Positions 1 through 8,147 of a stretch of DNA of 28,505 bases are shown one piece after another (position 1 is the first letter of the stretch; the number at the start of each line of letters is the position of its first letter). This stretch comes from an uncultured Verrucomicrobiales bacterium (GTDB lineage Bacteria > Verrucomicrobiota > Verrucomicrobiia > Verrucomicrobiales > DEV007). The stretch lies in contig CALKOM010000109.1 in assembly GCA_938091905.1 (NCBI GenBank), positions 1-28,505 of the forward strand, read 5' to 3'. Under the pieces are notes generated by a model. The model searched no databases, was not told where the DNA came from, and saw only the letters and a program-made list of their open reading frames with translations. A program made the position numbers and the translations under genes.

Positions 1-99
1 CTTAGCAGCGGCTCGGTTGGCAAGATTGGCTTGGTCTGATTCGACGACTTCCATGTCTCTTAGATTAAGCTCTCTCGTGACTTTGGTCAATGTTGTCAT
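1..99 (-). CDS. 5' end of a hypothetical protein running off the left edge (MTTLTKVTRELNLRDMEVVESDQANLANRAAAK...)
   Basis: ATG at 99 with an open frame to position 1, divergent from the PRTase gene. Only 33 codons are visible. Confidence 0.4.
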   Translation of the reverse strand, partial: MTTLTKVTRELNLRDMEVVESDQANLANRAAAK

Positions 100-239
100 C
101 GGCGAGGTGCGCACATTGCCCGCAAGCCCCTATCTATGCGGCGTGGAAAGCCACGGCCACAACCCTAGTTCATCAGGTTTCGCCTGCAACAGTTCCACTG
201 TTCCCGTGAATTCATCCACCAGAATCCGGTTTCCAGGGT

Positions 240-1400
240 GTGGGCACACTTACCGTCAGAAAGGACGAATACGCGACCTCCACGGATCGCGTGCGAGATC
301 TACGGCGGTGGAAAGACGAACTCTATCAAAGATCGATGCCCAAGGCTGAAGTTCAAGAGCTTGTAGAGCAGTACTTCCGCCGACCATCCTACGCGCATCT
401 TGAAGGTAAGAATCCTGTCTTCATGGTCGCGCCCTCTACCACGGGTGCCAACAAACTCCCTTACTACTTCGCGAAACGATTGCAGTCAGAGTATGGTGGA
501 CAAGTCGTTCCCGGTTGGGCAACGCCCTTGGTGCGAGAGAAGGCTTCGATAAAAGGTGGACTCGGTAAGATGCGGAACCCCGCACGATTCGCCGCCGTTG
601 AAGATCGGTTAGCCAAGGTTCCCAAAGGTTCAACCGTTGTCCTTGTCGACGATGTCGTCACGACCGGCGAAACGGCAGATGCCTTGCGCGAGCTTCTAGA
701 ACAACGAGGCTTGAAGGCAACAACAGTGGCATCGTTAGGACAATCAGAGATGCGCAAGGTATCCCCACGTGACATCGAACGCATCACCAGTAAGTTAGGG
801 GAGCCTGATTTGAGGCCCGAAGTTGAAGCCGTCCTAACAGGACGCTTGAAACACAAAGCCAACTACATCGAAAGGGTTATCCATGACGACACTCGACAAG
901 AAATACGCGATCATTTCCGCACTGAGCATCGACGCCTCCAAGGGCTTGGAACAATTCACACTGGCACAAATCGCAGCCTGCGACGCAGTCACGCAGGCGA
1001 TCCTGGACTACAACTTCAAGGGAGCCCCGAAACCGGAGATTCCGGAAGCAGCGAACATGAAGCTAGCCCAAGTTCAGGACATGCAACTCGCCAGCGAGAT
1101 CCTCTAAGCCAAGCGGCCACACAACGCGAAGCCGACGTGGTGTTTCAGCTTGAGGAACTGCAAGAGATGGTGCGTCGAGGCATGGATACTCAACGAGCCC
1201 GTGAATACGGCCTCGACTTGTTAGAAGCCAATAGGATCCAGCCAGCGCCAAGGATGTTCATCAACTACGAACTCTCACAAGCTCTCAAGAATGAGCACGG
1301 GGCCAAGCCCATGAAAGAGATCGTCCAGTTTGCTCAAGAAATGAAGAAACCTGTCGTTGTACCCATCCACAGGTCTTTGAAACGTCATCGGGCAGTATGA
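240..1400 (+). CDS. Type I phosphoribosyltransferase (ComF-like) domain protein with a low-complexity linker and a helical C-terminal region
   Basis: PRPP-binding motif VVLVDDVVTTGET. GTG start is uncertain; there is an in-frame stop at 207. ATGA overlap with the next gene. Confidence 0.75.
   Translation: MGTLTVRKDEYATSTDRVRDLRRWKDELYQRSMPKAEVQELVEQYFRRPSYAHLEGKNPVFMVAPSTTGANKLPYYFAKRLQSEYGGQVVPGWATPLVREKASIKGGLGKMRNPARFAAVEDRLAKVPKGSTVVLVDDVVTTGETADALRELLEQRGLKATTVASLGQSEMRKVSPRDIERITSKLGEPDLRPEVEAVLTGRLKHKANYIERVIHDDTRQEIRDHFRTEHRRLQGLGTIHTGTNRSLRRSHAGDPGLQLQGSPETGDSGSSEHEASPSSGHATRQRDPLSQAATQREADVVFQLEELQEMVRRGMDTQRAREYGLDLLEANRIQPAPRMFINYELSQALKNEHGAKPMKEIVQFAQEMKKPVVVPIHRSLKRHRAV
883..1107 (+). 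CDS. 74-aa hypothetical protein nested in the +1 frame of the PRTase gene
   Basis: ATG preceded by AAAGGG. 54 of 74 codons end in G/C. The sequence reads like an amphipathic protein, while the host frame is low-complexity over the same span. Confidence 0.6.
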   Translation: MTTLDKKYAIISALSIDASKGLEQFTLAQIAACDAVTQAILDYNFKGAPKPEIPEAANMKLAQVQDMQLASEIL

Positions 1401-1627
1401 AACGATCCTCGCTAGAGCTGCCGCCGACGGAGCGGCTTGGACTTCGCCCTCCCCAGGTGATCGAGATCCTGGGAAGTGAGCAGATCTTTCACGAAGTGTG
1501 CCAGATTGGCTGGTTGAAACCTGTAGTCCAACGGCACCGATTGACTCTCTATGACGCGCAAGCCGTCAGGCGTGTGTGGAGTCGAATAGTCAAAGGTGAA
1601 GACCCTCGTGAGTATCTCAAAAACTGA
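1397..1627 (+). CDS. Small HTH/winged-helix protein, probable excisionase (recombination directionality factor)
   Basis: 76 aa with an Xis/HTH_17-like pattern (GLRPPQVIEILGS...GWLKP...TLYD), convergent with and abutting the integrase. Confidence 0.6.
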   Translation: MKRSSLELPPTERLGLRPPQVIEILGSEQIFHEVCQIGWLKPVVQRHRLTLYDAQAVRRVWSRIVKGEDPREYLKN

Positions 1628-1629
1628 CT

Positions 1630-2670
1630 CTAGAGGCCTTTCTCGATGTCACCGGCATCAGGCTGAAGGTGACCATAGTGGCGCTGAACAACCCTAACAT
1701 CATCGCCCAACCATGTGGCGACTTTGTATACGCTGACGTTGGCGCTAACAAGTCTACTAGCGAATGTGTGTCTCATGGTATGAAATCCAACCCAGCCAAG
1801 ATCGACCGATTTGACGCAATTCTTGAAAGGGCTCCGTGGATCGTAGCGATAGCGCCATTTCCCTGGCTTCACCTTGGGTTTCAGCATGTAAGGCTCTCTC
1901 AGTCCATAGTTGTCGAGGAACGACCTAAACTCCTTTGAGAGAGGAATCGACCGTTGCTCACGATCCTTGGGCACCCAGGTTTCTGAGGGAACCATCGTTA
2001 GCACGCCATTGGTCCCACCGTTTAAGTCAAACCACTCGGGACGACATTCGACGATCTCACCGACCCGCAGACCACAATGGAATCCGCAAAGTAGCACGAA
2101 CATTAGATCCTCGCGGCGACAAGCTTCGAAGATCTTAGCCTGCTGACTCCTTGTGCAATACCTACTCTTATACGAAGTCCTGAGACGAGCCATCTGCAAT
2201 TCACTTGAAGGATTGAATGGTATCCGGCGCTGCTCGGTGCTCCACCTCAGCAATCCCTTCACGCTGTTGATGTACTTTTGAGCAGTGTGCTCACTCACAC
2301 ATGATTGGAGATGTCGATAAAATCGCTCTAGTTCGCCAAGGGAAATTTCCGTTAAGCAGTTGAGCCCCGAATATCGAATGAATCTCGCCGTGTGATACCG
2401 TACAGATTCCTCAGTTCGTTCAGCCATTGTGTCCCTTTCACGCCGCCATTTGATGTAGTCTTCCATGGCAAGATGGATCTCAGTTCGATCACTCATCCGC
2501 CCTGCAATCGATTTTCGATGCTCTAAGCGCTCTATGGCAGTCTGAAGATCTTTGGTTTCAAGAGAGCCTTGAAAAACCTCACTATTCCTCTTAAATTTAT
2601 ACCAGTATCCGCGAGATCCACGATCCCAAAGTCCTGGCACTTTGAATCCCCTTGTGGATACTTTAGCCAT
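1630..2670 (-). CDS. Tyrosine recombinase/integrase
   Basis: Catalytic residues R (GLRVGE), K (PKD), HxxR (HTMRH) and Y (RHYGHL); N-terminal arm-binding-like segment; adjacent att site. Confidence 0.95.
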   Translation of the reverse strand: MAKVSTRGFKVPGLWDRGSRGYWYKFKRNSEVFQGSLETKDLQTAIERLEHRKSIAGRMSDRTEIHLAMEDYIKWRRERDTMAERTEESVRYHTARFIRYSGLNCLTEISLGELERFYRHLQSCVSEHTAQKYINSVKGLLRWSTEQRRIPFNPSSELQMARLRTSYKSRYCTRSQQAKIFEACRREDLMFVLLCGFHCGLRVGEIVECRPEWFDLNGGTNGVLTMVPSETWVPKDREQRSIPLSKEFRSFLDNYGLREPYMLKPKVKPGKWRYRYDPRSPFKNCVKSVDLGWVGFHTMRHTFASRLVSANVSVYKVATWLGDDVRVVQRHYGHLQPDAGDIEKGL

Positions 2671-2677
2671 GTTAGAC

Positions 2678-2696
2678 GGTACACCATTGGGTACAC
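2678..2696. repeat. Tandem GGTACAC direct repeats, putative integrase arm-type sites
   Basis: GGTACAC at 2678-2684 and 2690-2696 (12-bp period), between the integrase start and the att core. Confidence 0.5.
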
Positions 2697-2774
2697 TTTG
2701 GCAACTCTATACGGGGCTATAGCGGTCTAAAACGCGATAGCTTAGCCTAACCCATTATTTCCCAATTGATTTAT

Positions 2775-2787
2775 TATCAATGAGTTA
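2775..2787 (+). promoter_or_regulatory. IHF-consensus binding site in the att arm
   Basis: TATCAATGAGTTA matches WATCAANNNNTTR exactly, in AT-rich DNA 30 bp from the core. Confidence 0.55.
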
Positions 2788-2816
2788 TCATTTCGCGAAA
2801 TAACAATCACTCATAT

Positions 2817-2861
2817 CTGTCACGCCGGAGGTCGCGGGTTCGAGTCCCGTCCACTCCGCCA
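2817..2861 (+). other. attR: displaced 3' half of tRNA-Asp(GTC), not an intact tRNA
   Basis: CTGTCAC anticodon loop, GCCGG, T-arm GCGGG-TTCGAGT-CCCGT and acceptor CCACTCC-G-CCA. Upstream sequence (CATAT) cannot form the anticodon stem and the 5' half is absent. Confidence 0.92.
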
Positions 2862-2898
2862 CTTCTACCTACGAGTTACGAAAGCTCGAGAAACGAGT

Positions 2899-2918
2899 GG
2901 TAGCACAAAAGGGTAGCA
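2899..2918. repeat. Tandem GGTAGCA direct repeats, putative arm sites of a second element
   Basis: GGTAGCA at 2899-2905 and 2912-2918, about 40 bp past the tRNA CCA. Confidence 0.4.
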
Positions 2919-3075
2919 AAGAACTCCCTGTAGATGAGACAAAAATAGGGAGTTTGCCCCACAATCTGAAAGGGCGGCTGGAATCTTGTCGGGGCTATCC
3001 TCCTGCGGTTGCCTTGCAATCTTCCTGTAGAGACTGCCTAACGCGCCCGCCAATCTAAGACTCTAGTGAGTTCAT

Positions 3076-3807
3076 TTACGGAGCGACGTCGATGAGTTGC
3101 AGCAGCATGAGATGCCCGAGGTAGAACTTGAATGGATGGCTGACGATGAGATCTCTTGTCCATCCCACTGAATGTTGCTCTCGCTGACTACCACACAAGA
3201 TCAACGCAGCCATCGGCTGGCCGATCAGAAGCGTCCAAACGTTGGAGCCTACTTGCCCTATAACGGATACAATTGCTACCAAACCAACTACTGTGCCGAG
3301 CCAGCCGACAAGGAGGGCAACGCCTACTGCTTGGGCACTTCGCATCATGGTAATTGCGAGGCAGAACTGACTCGTGACCAGAAACGGGCCGTAGTCGATA
3401 TAGAAGCCAACTCCCCCAGGCGGCAGGATGGCTAATGCAGAGGTGATCGCGCAAAGACCGATCAGTATCGTAGTGGTCAGTCTTCTTAATTGCGTTCGCA
3501 ACCAACCGAAGCACACCAGGTTGGCAAGGATGCCGAAGTATAGAATGCCTTCGCGATGGCTATGAATGACGGTTTCGATCAGTGCGGCGATGGCGAGTTG
3601 TATCCATCGCCTAGGCGAAAGGCCACGGCCTTTGACGCTTAGCAGGTATGCGAAGCAGAAAACGTAGAGTGGTTCGACGCAGCGGGTGATCGTGTAGCGC
3701 ATCCACGAGCTTTCCTGTCCGAAGTAGAGGAGTGCGTGATCAAGAACCATCAGCACGCCAGCGATCACTTTGGCGTTGTCGAGCCATACGATGCGGCTTC
3801 CTGACAT
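3076..3807 (-). CDS. TraX-family (acyltransferase-3 clan) membrane protein, putative pilin acetylase
   Basis: N-terminal WLDNAKVIAGVLMVLDH, C-terminal FYLGHLMLL, multiple TM segments, 243 aa, near T4SS remnants. Confidence 0.6.
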   Translation of the reverse strand: MSGSRIVWLDNAKVIAGVLMVLDHALLYFGQESSWMRYTITRCVEPLYVFCFAYLLSVKGRGLSPRRWIQLAIAALIETVIHSHREGILYFGILANLVCFGWLRTQLRRLTTTILIGLCAITSALAILPPGGVGFYIDYGPFLVTSQFCLAITMMRSAQAVGVALLVGWLGTVVGLVAIVSVIGQVGSNVWTLLIGQPMAALILCGSQREQHSVGWTRDLIVSHPFKFYLGHLMLLQLIDVAP

Positions 3808-4094
3808 GACTTCGGATCGCTGTTGAATGCGATCACCCTGCTACCGAAATCGCTCGCCCAAATTCACCAGAAATCTCAAGAAATCACTGCGAGGCTCCTA
3901 ACTCATTTATAACAGTAAGGTTGAGGTAGAGCTTTCCTAAACATTCAATATCTCCTAACGAAAATGTGAATGTTTGAATGGTAGTGTCAAGATCAGATGA
4001 ACTCTGTGTAGGCTTCGAAGTCCGATAAAAAATCCGCAAATGTGAGTAACAAATCCGTGCGCTATCGACAATTCTGTTTACGTTTTCAATTACC

Positions 4095-4385
4095 ATGATT
4101 GATGATGGTTCGTCGGTTAGTGAGTATGGTTCGTCATCCTCACCGTTTCCAGATACTCGCTGGAGTGTTGTTGAGTTAGTGGGAGATCCTGAAGAGGGTT
4201 TAGCCGTAGATGGTGAGGCGTTAGCGACTCTGCGTGAAATCTATCACATGCCGATACGTCGATACCTTTGCCGATCGGGTTACTCAGCGGACTATGCGCT
4301 GGATCTCACCCAGAGCTTCTTTCTGAAGTCCCTCCAGAAGAAGCTGTTCGCCCGATGCCACCGGGAGAAAGGCAAGTTGCGCGCG
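4095..4385 (+). pseudogene. Truncated ECF sigma-70 factor (N-terminal region only)
   Basis: FPDTRWSVV...ALATLREIYHMPI...DLTQSFF...EKGKLR resembles PVC-type ECF sigmas. Similarity ends abruptly at about 4385. Confidence 0.75.
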
Positions 4386-5529
4386 CTGGTGGGGAGCGAA
4401 GGGTCGTAGTATTGCGCCCCGTTGAGTTTGGAGATAGCCCCTCGCAACGCGGCGAGCTTGGCGCGGAGTCCGCGCTTCTGAGCGTCTCAAACCCGGATAA
4501 TGAATTGCGCTTTGTAAGGGAGCACTTCGTTCGACATGAGCCGGGCGATCTTCTGCCCTTTCTTGTGCGTGGCGGCAACCATGCGCAGTTTGCAATCTTC
4601 TTCCCTTTCTTGTGCGTGGCGGCAACCATGCGCAGTTAGCGAGAGTGTTGGATGGTGTGTTGCAGTTTCTCGTAAGCGCCTTCCTCCTTCTCGATCTCAT
4701 GCATGACATCGAGGGCTTGGATGTTCACGGTGATGGAGTAGTCTAACAAATCCAGGTTGGTGAGTTGATTCATCATCCCAGAGAAGGTGGCTTTGGGCAG
4801 GCTCTTGAGAACGAGCACGCCGTGGTAGTGGCCATCGAAGTAGAAACCGAGATCTGGTTTGCGGAGGGCGGCGGCTTCACAATTGAAGCAGGTGTCGACG
4901 ATGCTTTGCTGGGGATCGAAGCAGTCGTTGAGATCAAGATTCGGCAGATTGGAAACGGAGGGATTGAAGAAGCGATAGAATTCGCTGAAATGACCCAGGT
5001 CATCGAGCGGCTCGATTGTCCCGCCAAGACTGCCGAAGACTTGGTGCAGGAGTTCTTCATACTGACGCAGTTCGCGTGCGCTAGCATCGAGCGTGTAGTC
5101 GTAGGCCGCGCGTTGGCCTTTGCCCATGGGCACGCCAACGGTATCGATCTTGGTGGTGACATACCAATGCAACCGCTCACGACGCAGTTCGCGTTGGAGC
5201 ATGCGATCCCGGTAACGCGTGAAGTGTTCGTTGCGCGGCTCCTTGCTCCAGGCGTTGGTGGCGAGCTTGTCCGTCTGTTCGTAGTAGTCTAACAACTCCC
5301 GACGGTAATCGGAATCGACCGTCCAGTGCACCTGCATGCGGGCGGTGTCTTTAAGCGAGGACAGCAAGACGCGCATGTCATCTTCCATCCGATTGAGCCA
5401 ACTGACCTCGGCATTCTCGCAATCAGGTGGATGCACGCGGTAGCCGCGCCCGACATAGCCGCCTTTCTCGAGGCCGCGATAGACGATCATGTCGTCCATC
5501 AAGTAACCATCAATGAGTTTCGCAATCGT
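4374..5529 (-). pseudogene. VirB4-like conjugative ATPase, N-terminal part only
   Basis: Follows pilin-like and VirB3-like genes. Lesions: probable ATG->ACG start at 5529 after GAGGA, TAA at 4636-4638, a 47-bp duplication, an in-frame TGA after KAQFIIRV, and truncation at about 4374 before any Walker motif. Confidence 0.65.
4548..4637. repeat. Tandem duplication, 47-bp period
   Basis: ATCTTCTKCCCTTTCTTGTGCGTGGCGGCAACCATGCGCAGTT at 4548-4590 and 4595-4637, 1 mismatch in 43. Confidence 0.95.
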
Positions 5530-5917
5530 CTGAGTCCTCGGTTAGGGTTGCGAATGGGTGCTCGGTCTTCACTCGATGCTGTGGACCGAAGTAAGGCCGG
5601 TTCTTGAGCCAGCCCTGGCGATCAAAGAACTCGCGCAGCTTCACGAGTCCCCACTCGAAGAACTCGCCATCGAAGCTCTTCGGTTTGCCAGACTTGAGGA
5701 GGATGACGTAGGCCAGTGTGATGGAGAGAGGCACGAGCGAGATGGCGTCGGATTCTGCGAAGCTGAGATGAAAGCGCCCGTAGCAGAGGCGAAACGCGAG
5801 GAGAGCGGGCCCGAATCCGAGGATCATCCAGAGGACATTAATGCCCTCGAAGATCCAAATGACTGGCTTGGAATCTCTCCCCGCGTTCGCCTCGTGGTAG
5901 CGACGTTTCTCAGTCAT
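5510..5917 (-). CDS. VirB3-like membrane protein
   Basis: 135 aa with two TM segments, between the pilin-like and VirB4-like genes. Call based mainly on synteny. Confidence 0.55.
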   Translation of the reverse strand: MTEKRRYHEANAGRDSKPVIWIFEGINVLWMILGFGPALLAFRLCYGRFHLSFAESDAISLVPLSITLAYVILLKSGKPKSFDGEFFEWGLVKLREFFDRQGWLKNRPYFGPQHRVKTEHPFATLTEDSDDCETH

Positions 5918-5944
5918 CCTAACAATGCGTGGGTGATGCGAGGC

Positions 5945-6172
5945 TTACGGCGCTCCAAGTTCGATGCCGGGATCGACCCCGGTGCCTGCCGTGAAGAAGG
6001 TGTTCACGATGACAAAGGACAACCCGCCCAAGCCCGCGCCAACAAGCCCGTATTTCAGATACTCCGTGCGCCCGATCATGCACATGATAGCGGCCATGAG
6101 CAGGCCACCAAAGAAGAGCAAGATGGCAATCGCGTTCAACACGCTGGCCACCGCGCTCAAATTCGTCACCAA
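5945..6172 (-). CDS. VirB2/TrbC-like pilin, 5' end probably lost
   Basis: Two hydrophobic helices separated by a short charged loop (IGRTEYLKYG); first gene of the trio; no ATG upstream before a stop. Confidence 0.5.
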   Translation of the reverse strand: MVTNLSAVASVLNAIAILLFFGGLLMAAIMCMIGRTEYLKYGLVGAGLGGLSFVIVNTFFTAGTGVDPGIELGAP

Positions 6173-6218
6173 ATCCCCAGCAGCGAGGATTGGTAATCTG
6201 AAGAGTAATGCTAGATTT

Positions 6219-6320
6219 ATAAGTCTGTGATTTCAGTTAACACTTCGTGGTTTCGTGAGACCACATCAGCGCGGTCTGCCTATGAAACCGGAGATCACCG
6301 GACTGAAATCACGGACTTAT
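6219..6320. mobile_element. MITE or internally deleted IS
   Basis: ATAAGTCTGTGATTTCAGT (6219-6237) and ACTGAAATCACGGACTTAT (6302-6320) are 18/19 inverted repeats; possible TA duplication flanking AGTC...GACT. Confidence 0.65.
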
Positions 6321-6468
6321 TGAAGGAATGTTCGATGTCGATGCTGCCAAGCTAAAACGACCGAGAGAGAAGGCTTCACTCAACGAAGAGTCATTTGGCT
6401 TGGTTTACCCAGAACGCGTTCTATCGCGACTGAGTTACCAATGAGTGTGTCGCGGTGTAAACCCGCAT

Positions 6469-8108
6469 TCACCTCCCTTTGGGTTTCTTGGTTTGCTTGG
6501 GTAGGGCCCGGACACGCTTGGCCCAAGTGTTCCACTCCTGAATGAGTGCATCACGTTTGTCGGAATATGACGCTGCAAGATTGCGAAGTTCCGTCCGGTC
6601 ATCCGCTAGATTGTAGAGCTCCCACTGGGCCTCGTCGACACGTTCACGGCCGACATGGCCCTTGCCGACGAGTTTCCAATCACCATCCCTAACAAAGGCA
6701 TTTCCCTGGTGTTCGAGGCAGAGCGGGTGATCGCGTTTGATGGCGTTTCCCTTAAAAGCCGGAACGAGGCTTTTGCCTTCAATAGCGTGCAGCTCGTTGC
6801 CATGCATTTCTTTAGGATAGCTGGCATTGGCGAGTTCTAGCACCGTAGGGACAATGTCCGTGATATGTGCGGGCGTCTCTTGCCATTCTTTTCTAGCCTT
6901 GATGCCCTTAGGCCAGTGAGCGATGAATGGAGTGGCGCTGCCGCCTTGGTGAGCATTGGATTTGTAGAGACGGAAAGGTGTGCTCCCGGCATTCGCCCAG
7001 GCTTCTCCGTATGAGTTCGCGCCCTCCTGATTGCGTTTCTCGATGTCGTAGAACTCCCCTCGCCCGAGAATCCCGCCTTCGTGGCAGGCTCCGTTGTCAC
7101 CAAGGAAGAGGATGAGCGTGTCGTTGAAGATCTCCTGACTCTTCAACGAAGCGGTCAGTTTCCCAATGTTCTGGTCGACACGATCGATCATGGCGGCATA
7201 GACGGCCATCTTGAGATCCATCTCGTCTTGCTTCTTGTCATCCAAAGCGTCCCACGCTGGGACTCTGTCAGGGCGTGGACTTAGTTTCCATTCGGGCTTG
7301 AAGAGTCCGAGTTCGATCTGACGTTGTTAGCGTTGCTCACGAAGTTTGTCCCAGCCAATCTTGTACTTTCCACGATACTTCGCGATATCGTCTTCAAACG
7401 CTTGCAACGGCTAATGCGGCGCGGTGGAGGCGAGGTAGAGAAAGAAGGGTTTGTCAGGATTTGACCACGCCTCGCTGAGGAACTTGATCGCGTAGTCAGT
7501 GAACGCATCGGTGGTGTAGAAAGGCTCGTCCGTGGTAGACACAGGGGTTTCGATAGGAGTGTTATCAAGCGTCATCCCGCGCGGGTGCTCGGGATGAAAG
7601 AATCGCGTGGCACCGGGAATGCAGCCGTAGTAGCGATCGAACCCTCGTTGGCGAGGCCAACGGTCTTGTTCGTGAATGCCCAGGTGCCATTTGCCGGCCA
7701 TCAAGGTGGTGTAACCGGCTGGGCTCAGCAATTCACCGATCGTCACGCAGCGGCGGTTGAGGTAGCCTTGATAGGGTTCGGGCTGTGCTGTGCTGGGCGC
7801 TGACGCTTGGGCGTGTTCGTCATGTGTCCAACGCCTGCCTGATGTGGATGCAATCCCGTGAGTAAGGAAGCGCGTGTTGGACAGCACCGGGCCCCGTTGG
7901 TAAATTGTGAGAAGCGTACGCCTCCTGATGCGAGCTGATCGATGTTCGGTGTGTCAATCTCACCGCCGTAACAGCCGAGATCGGAGAAGCCCATGTCATC
8001 GACCATGATAAGGATGATGTTCGGGCGATCGGCTCCTAGTAAAGATCCGGATAGGGCTAGTGTGAGGCAAAGAAGGGTGAGGGACGAAGTGAGTTTCATG
8101 GTGCTCAT
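6469..8108 (-). pseudogene. Arylsulfatase pseudogene
   Basis: Signal peptide, [23 protein letters not shown] and GKWHLG. Frameshift at the CAGCA tandem repeat (7782-7795), TAG at 7411-7413 (APH*PLQ) and TAA at 7327-7329. Confidence 0.9.
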
Positions 8109-8147
8109 TGATAGTCTGATGATGCAGGGGAAGAAATCCAAGCCGAT

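Larger units (their letters stand above)
1..2861. mobile_element. Right end of an integrative element inserted in tRNA-Asp(GTC)
   Basis: Tyrosine integrase starts 146 bp from a 3'-half tRNA fragment. Also present: a convergent Xis-like gene, tandem arm-type repeats and an IHF consensus site. The left end is outside the window. Confidence 0.85.
2862..6218. mobile_element. Degenerate conjugative-element (ICE) remnant downstream of the att site
   Basis: TraX-like gene, a virB2/virB3/virB4-like trio with lesions, a deletion junction, and a second type of arm-like repeat. Boundaries are approximate. Confidence 0.6.

Noticed and set aside
140..165. c-di-GMP-I riboswitch (AAAGCCACGG resemblance)
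   Set aside because: The upstream GGCAAAC stem with its GNRA loop is missing.
2790..2861. Intact tRNA-Asp gene
   Set aside because: No 5' acceptor strand, D-arm or 5' anticodon stem; only the 3' 45 nt are present.
2922..2954. AACTCCCT...AGGGAGTT inverted repeat as a terminator
   Set aside because: 8-bp stem with a 17-nt loop and only a short T tract; too weak to call.
3884..4096. 70-aa ORF in an AT-rich patch
   Set aside because: No recognisable motif or RBS; probably a gene fragment within island debris.
4548..4637. CRISPR array
   Set aside because: Only two copies, 4 nt apart, inside a coding remnant, with no cas genes.
1630..6320. Integron (integrase plus many CTAAC/GTTAG cores)
   Set aside because: The cores lie inside genes and do not pair into attC hairpins, and the integrase sits by a tRNA att site with an Xis-like partner.
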